Source: a virus. Taken from it: a DNA stretch of 45,565 bases. Positions 41,591-45,565 of this stretch are shown piece by piece. The DNA is taken from the IMG/VR virus record IMGVR_UViG_3300029121_000010, positions 1 through 45,565 of that record, one strand, 5' to 3'. A program made the position numbers and the translations under genes. Position 1 is the first letter of the stretch. Each line of letters begins with the position of its first letter. The notes under the pieces were generated by a model, which saw only the letters and a program-made list of their open reading frames with translations, was not told the DNA's origin and did not search any database.

Positions 41591-42501
41591 TAGTATTTAA
41601 TTAAAATCATTGTTTGGATAGATTCTGGACGAACCAATGCGCCATTTTGATATTTGTTTGAAGAACGAGAGGCGTCAAAACCTGCCTTAGCCCCAATGAC
41701 GTTAGAATAATCTACATCTCCGTTGTTTCCAGCGTCATAAAAAGCTCCTGTAAATATAGCCCCATTTTTACGTCCTAAGTTTCCGACAGTTCCGGTAATA
41801 TTCGGAAGCGTACCTTCTAAATATGCGCCCGAAGTTAATCCACCCCAAAAAGTACGATTTACAAAATTAGGTATATTAAAGGTATTAACTCTATCACCCA
41901 CACCATACTTTGTACCAATTACTGCAAATAAATTTGCGTATGTTATACGGCTTATTGCTGCACCATCACAACGCAACCATCCTGGGGGTGGTATGTCTCC
42001 AGCAAAAGGCATTAATAAGCCAACAGACAAAGTTTTACTATTTATAGCATCAAGTACAGCCTTATTGCTCGGGTATTTTTCGGTTGAGCTATCAAGAACT
42101 TGTGATAAATTTGATTTTAGCTGATAAGGAGACAATTCAGGATATATTCCCCAATCATCCGGGCTTGCGGTTGGTTTTTTGCCTTGGTTATCTCTCAAGG
42201 CCTGATATATCTTTCCGTCTTGTGCCAAGCAAAAACCGCCCTCTTTGTAGGTGGTGGTATTGTTCCAACGCATGACACCATATTGCTCGGCTTCTTTGAT
42301 GAGGGTGTCTTGCAAAAATGCGTGTTGGTTAAAGTCTGAGCTATCCACAATTGTTTTGAATGGCCATGCTTTGTCAATGGCTGTGGAGTTCAGCGTTGTA
42401 TCTCTGTATGTTAATCCGGCAACCGGCGGTGTGGGAATGGTGGTCTGTGCAGTTGATGCCCAAATCCCCGGCAGCGTTGTGGTTCTGTTTTGTATAGCCA
42501 T
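41590..42501 (-). CDS. tail fibre protein with phage tail-collar domain
   Basis: FAGDIPPPGWLRCDGAAISRITYANLFAVIGTKYGVGDRVNTFNIPNFVNRTFWGG matches the Collar domain pattern (P.GWL.CDG...S...Y..LF..IG..YG.GD..TTFN.P). Confidence 0.65.
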   Translation of the reverse strand: MAIQNRTTTLPGIWASTAQTTIPTPPVAGLTYRDTTLNSTAIDKAWPFKTIVDSSDFNQHAFLQDTLIKEAEQYGVMRWNNTTTYKEGGFCLAQDGKIYQALRDNQGKKPTASPDDWGIYPELSPYQLKSNLSQVLDSSTEKYPSNKAVLDAINSKTLSVGLLMPFAGDIPPPGWLRCDGAAISRITYANLFAVIGTKYGVGDRVNTFNIPNFVNRTFWGGLTSGAYLEGTLPNITGTVGNLGRKNGAIFTGAFYDAGNNGDVDYSNVIGAKAGFDASRSSNKYQNGALVRPESIQTMILIKY

Positions 42502-42504
42502 TTT

Positions 42505-43152
42505 TTAGCCCTTTCTTTCAATAACATTTTTTATGTTCATAGTTGCAGGATACGGAATATTTGCCGTTTGGTCAACTTGGTTGTTGTCGGCAAAATATGT
42601 GAGGTAGTTTCGGTTGGTCTTGCTTATGGATGCCGGAACAATCAAATCTACATCGCATTTGTCCGCATCGGAGAAAGATACATAAATTTCCATAATCTCA
42701 AAAATAATTCTTTGCAGTTCTTCTCTGGATGCAAATTTAACGTGGTTTTTAAGTGCCTTTCCCCACAAATATCGGCGGTACATGTCATCGCTCATGTTTT
42801 CAATAACCGCTTGCTCTGCGTTCTTTACCCAAGCATAGCCTTTGTCTGGAGCAGTTTCCGCATCATCGGGAGCAAACCAGAAAGATGTATCATAGTTGAA
42901 ATATGCCCTTTTTTGCCCCAAAATCTCGCCAATAAGGTCTAAGTCCTCTCCCTTTCCATAAAAGATAAAACTTCTTTTTTGTAGGTCAATTATAGCCTTA
43001 TAAAGCTCTTGGATTTCTTCCATGTAGGCTTTGATGATTTTGAGAAATATCGGCTTTTGCGAATATTGGTACAAAACCCTTTTTCTTGCTTGTTCATAAA
43101 GGCTTTTGTTTTCGTATTGAGAAAAATCAAGCTCCAAATTTTGAACCGTCAT
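42505..43152 (-). CDS. baseplate protein (P2 gpI-like position)
   Basis: 215-aa ORF directly downstream of the baseplate J-like gene. Confidence 0.4.
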   Translation of the reverse strand: MTVQNLELDFSQYENKSLYEQARKRVLYQYSQKPIFLKIIKAYMEEIQELYKAIIDLQKRSFIFYGKGEDLDLIGEILGQKRAYFNYDTSFWFAPDDAETAPDKGYAWVKNAEQAVIENMSDDMYRRYLWGKALKNHVKFASREELQRIIFEIMEIYVSFSDADKCDVDLIVPASISKTNRNYLTYFADNNQVDQTANIPYPATMNIKNVIERKG

Positions 43153-43163
43153 CTTTTTTCTCC

Positions 43164-44378
43164 CTATACAACTTCTACCTTGATATTGGCTTCCTTAAAT
43201 ACGGCAACTTGGTTCCATGCAATATCAATGTCGTTTTCTGCGGCGGCTCCTTGGCCATGCTTGCCAATCTTCAGGCTGTTGACCTTAAAGCCGGGGACTT
43301 CATTGACCGGAGTATATAACCTTGTGCGAACAACGTCCACACCGGGAGCAAAACCCTCTGTGGCTTGCAAATTATACTCGGCATAAGTGATTATGTTTTG
43401 TTTTATCTGGTTGATGGCATCTTGCTTTGAAGCAGGGAATAAAGCGGAATCTGTAACCGTGATATTAACTTCAACATCAATCTCTACTTCTTCCGGTCGG
43501 CTAAATTTGATTTTGTTAACCTGACCTTGGTTGTCTGTTACATCCACCTCGGTTGTGCCAAAAAAGCTGTTGATATTTGCAGATTTTTTTGCAATAGAGT
43601 TTGCAATGTCTTCGTTTGTGCCACCAACAACAACAGCCGCAACGCTCTTGGCTTCAATTCCTCGGCTATCTGTGGTCAATCCGGTGTTTTGATATACACG
43701 AGCAAATTCCACACCGGGGACATTCAAAAGACCAGAATAAATGGCATCAATTTGTCGGTATGCCGTGTTTGATGTGGCTCTTTGTTGTTCAAGGTGGAGT
43801 TCCTCATCTGTTTGCGGTTCTGCTCCCACAACCACAACACCGGTGTTTGTGACGTTTGTCCAGCCGTATGTTGGTGTTTTAATTACAATTACCGTATTGT
43901 TGTTTGGGTTGATTGGCCCTTTGGTTAATGCGGTTGCCGTGCCGGTTGCGGTTCCGTCCGCTCCAATTGTTACCGACTTATCCACAGAATAATTAACAGA
44001 GTTTTCCACATCTGAAATAAGCGAGCCCTGAGGAATGGTTGCATCTTTCAAGCCGGTGAATTTGACGTTAATTTGTGTTTGGCTGCCAAACTTGGCCAAC
44101 AATCCGTTGAGCTGAATTAACCCTCGCAAAATGGCTCCTTTGGCATTTCTGGGCCTACGAACGTTTGAGGCTTGGAACGCTTGCTCCCAACATTCGGCAA
44201 TAGCTTCCGCAACAATAAAACTAAATTGCATAAACAAGCTATCGTCACTTTCGTTTTGAAAAACCTTTTCTCCGGTTTTTTCATCTGTGATTTCGGTTAT
44301 TCTGGCTTTAATGCTCTCATAGACGTCTGAAATTCTTTTTGGCTTGAAGCCGGTATCTGTCATTCCAAATTCTGCCAT
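43164..44378 (-). CDS. baseplate J-like protein
   Basis: 404-aa ORF in the W-J-I order, with the size and N-terminal pattern of gpJ/gp47 family wedge proteins. Confidence 0.55.
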   Translation of the reverse strand: MAEFGMTDTGFKPKRISDVYESIKARITEITDEKTGEKVFQNESDDSLFMQFSFIVAEAIAECWEQAFQASNVRRPRNAKGAILRGLIQLNGLLAKFGSQTQINVKFTGLKDATIPQGSLISDVENSVNYSVDKSVTIGADGTATGTATALTKGPINPNNNTVIVIKTPTYGWTNVTNTGVVVVGAEPQTDEELHLEQQRATSNTAYRQIDAIYSGLLNVPGVEFARVYQNTGLTTDSRGIEAKSVAAVVVGGTNEDIANSIAKKSANINSFFGTTEVDVTDNQGQVNKIKFSRPEEVEIDVEVNITVTDSALFPASKQDAINQIKQNIITYAEYNLQATEGFAPGVDVVRTRLYTPVNEVPGFKVNSLKIGKHGQGAAAENDIDIAWNQVAVFKEANIKVEVV

Positions 44379-44379
44379 T

Positions 44380-44736
44380 TTATAAATCCTCGCTGATTGT
44401 GAAAAACTCGCCTTTAACTTTTATTTCGGCATAGACCGAGCATGAGTTTGTTTTATTGTCAAATAGCAAATTTAATTTGCGGATTTCTTCAACCCCCTCG
44501 GTATTAAAAATCTCTTTACGTAACAATAAATTAAACTTTTGCACGTTTTTTGTGCCTAAAATTTCAGTAAAATAAGGGATGCCGGCAGGAGTGTAGTTTA
44601 TCCATTCGCCTTTCAAGCGGCGGATGCGTGTGACAACTCTTTGAGCAACCTCATTACCACCGGTCACATAATACATCTTGCCGTCTTTTGTGGCAATGTC
44701 GCCTGTTTTTTCGCTTATCGCCATGTCAATGCTCAT
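44380..44736 (-). CDS. baseplate wedge protein (gpW/gp25-like)
   Basis: 118-aa ORF between the spike and J-like genes. Confidence 0.45.
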   Translation of the reverse strand: MSIDMAISEKTGDIATKDGKMYYVTGGNEVAQRVVTRIRRLKGEWINYTPAGIPYFTEILGTKNVQKFNLLLRKEIFNTEGVEEIRKLNLLFDNKTNSCSVYAEIKVKGEFFTISEDL

Positions 44737-44745
44737 AATATTCTC

Positions 44746-45507
44746 CTATTCCGGCGGTTGAGATGGTACTGGTCCACCCGGTCCGGGGTTATATTTATGC
44801 GTGTGTCCTTTTCCGCTTATGCCGGCAGCCACAACATCCGTTTGTCCGGTAATTGTTCCGGTGGTTGTTTGGTCGCCGGTGTGGCTGATGTTTCCGGTTA
44901 TTGTTTCATTTCCGGTATGCTCAACATCTCCAACAATGGTTATTTTTTCATTTGCTAAAACTATACTAACTCCACCCTGTTTTAATGTCAAACTAGTGTT
45001 TGATAAGCTAAACAATGAGCTTTTGTCGGCGTTGCGTATTTCCACCGCATCAGAGCTATAGTTTGGAATTTTTACCTTTGTGATAATTCCGGGGAAGCAC
45101 ATGGCATCGGTTTCATCAAAACACCGAATTGTGCAAGTTTCCGGTGTTGGTCCGTCTGAGGGAGCTGATATTTGTCCGGTGATTAAAAAGTTGTCCAAGG
45201 CTCTCTCGGCAAATATAAGCGTGCATTTGTCGCCTGTTCTATAAGGCATCGTTGTTCCAAGGCCCAATCCCTCGCTCCATGCCAAAGCCATAGGGATGTT
45301 TGTGATTAATGGCCGGTTGATGTATCTGACCAGCTTGGTGTTTGGATCAACAATTTTTATCTGAATTGCCGGAATGGCAGACACCACCTGATTGGCATAG
45401 TCCACGCTTTGGATGATGGCCGGTATTGATGTGTGAATGTCTGCCGCTTTGCGGTCAAACTGCATATTAAATTCTATGCCGGCATTTTTGTTTCCGCTGT
45501 AATCCAT
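44746..45507 (-). CDS. baseplate central spike (gpV-like)
   Basis: C-terminal beta-helix repeats (TGNETITGNISHTGDQTTTGTITGQTD) and an apex motif GKGHTHKYNPGPGGP with HxH, as in gpV/gp138-type spikes. Confidence 0.55.
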   Translation of the reverse strand: MDYSGNKNAGIEFNMQFDRKAADIHTSIPAIIQSVDYANQVVSAIPAIQIKIVDPNTKLVRYINRPLITNIPMALAWSEGLGLGTTMPYRTGDKCTLIFAERALDNFLITGQISAPSDGPTPETCTIRCFDETDAMCFPGIITKVKIPNYSSDAVEIRNADKSSLFSLSNTSLTLKQGGVSIVLANEKITIVGDVEHTGNETITGNISHTGDQTTTGTITGQTDVVAAGISGKGHTHKYNPGPGGPVPSQPPE

Positions 45508-45565
45508 TTTTTATAACCCCACCGTGAAGCATTGCAAACTCATATCCCAACTGTTTGACCTTGTG
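45489..45565. repeat. terminal direct repeat, second copy (identical to 1..77)
   Basis: Exact 77-nt identity with the window start. Confidence 0.9.

Noticed and set aside
1-45565. Search for CRISPR arrays, integrase/transposase, and IS elements
   Set aside because: No regularly spaced direct repeats with unique spacers were seen. No ORF shows a tyrosine/serine recombinase or DDE transposase motif. The only tandem repeats are the 10-bp iterons and the KE-rich CTTTTT run at 26700..26790.

Overview
The window is an essentially complete, circularly closed (~45.5 kb) tailed-phage genome. The first 77 nt are identical to the last 77 nt.

All but one gene are on the minus strand, and the ORF sizes and motifs outline these modules:
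- terminase small and large subunits, portal, Mu-F-like minor head protein, protease/scaffold fusion, major capsid protein;
- a Mu/P2-style contractile tail: sheath, tube, a G/GT-type chaperone with a -1 frameshift, tape measure, and baseplate proteins resembling P2 gpD/V/W/J/I;
- two tail-fiber genes with an assembly chaperone, and two tRNA-like genes;
- a lysis cassette: holin, SleB-type hydrolase, and an overlapping i-/o-spanin-like pair;
- an early/replication region: PD-(D/E)xK exonuclease with RecT, RNase H, VRR-NUC, a putative initiator gene carrying internal 10-bp iterons, a Dcm-type C5 methyltransferase, a DnaA domain-IV-like protein, a GapR/DUF2312-like protein, a MazG-like protein, a phage-encoded S-adenosylmethionine synthetase (MetK) and a GNAT acetyltransferase.

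The most striking feature is the terminase large-subunit gene. It carries two inteins with Hint blocks A, B, F and G intact, and each intein hosts an HNH homing-endonuclease gene that is not in the intein frame. One is antisense and the other is in an alternative frame, and the intein frame nonetheless stays open through both.

Other notable points:
- An early-transcribed accessory island (15344 down to 11407), bracketed by a terminator-promoter pair, sits inside the structural cluster. It includes a DUF2829/Tad2-like ORF, an acidic protein, an XRE regulator and several tiny membrane proteins.
- A family of sigma70-like promoters with a 15-nt spacer shares TTGACA-ATTACAA, and most of these promoters are preceded by an intrinsic terminator.
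- TTGTAAA..TACAAG palindromes flank the tRNA genes.
- Some promoter-like and terminator signals point the wrong way, toward antisense transcription.
- One tail-fibre gene is conspicuously GC-rich.

No integrase, transposase or CRISPR array is visible. Family names are assigned from remembered motifs only, since no searches were possible.
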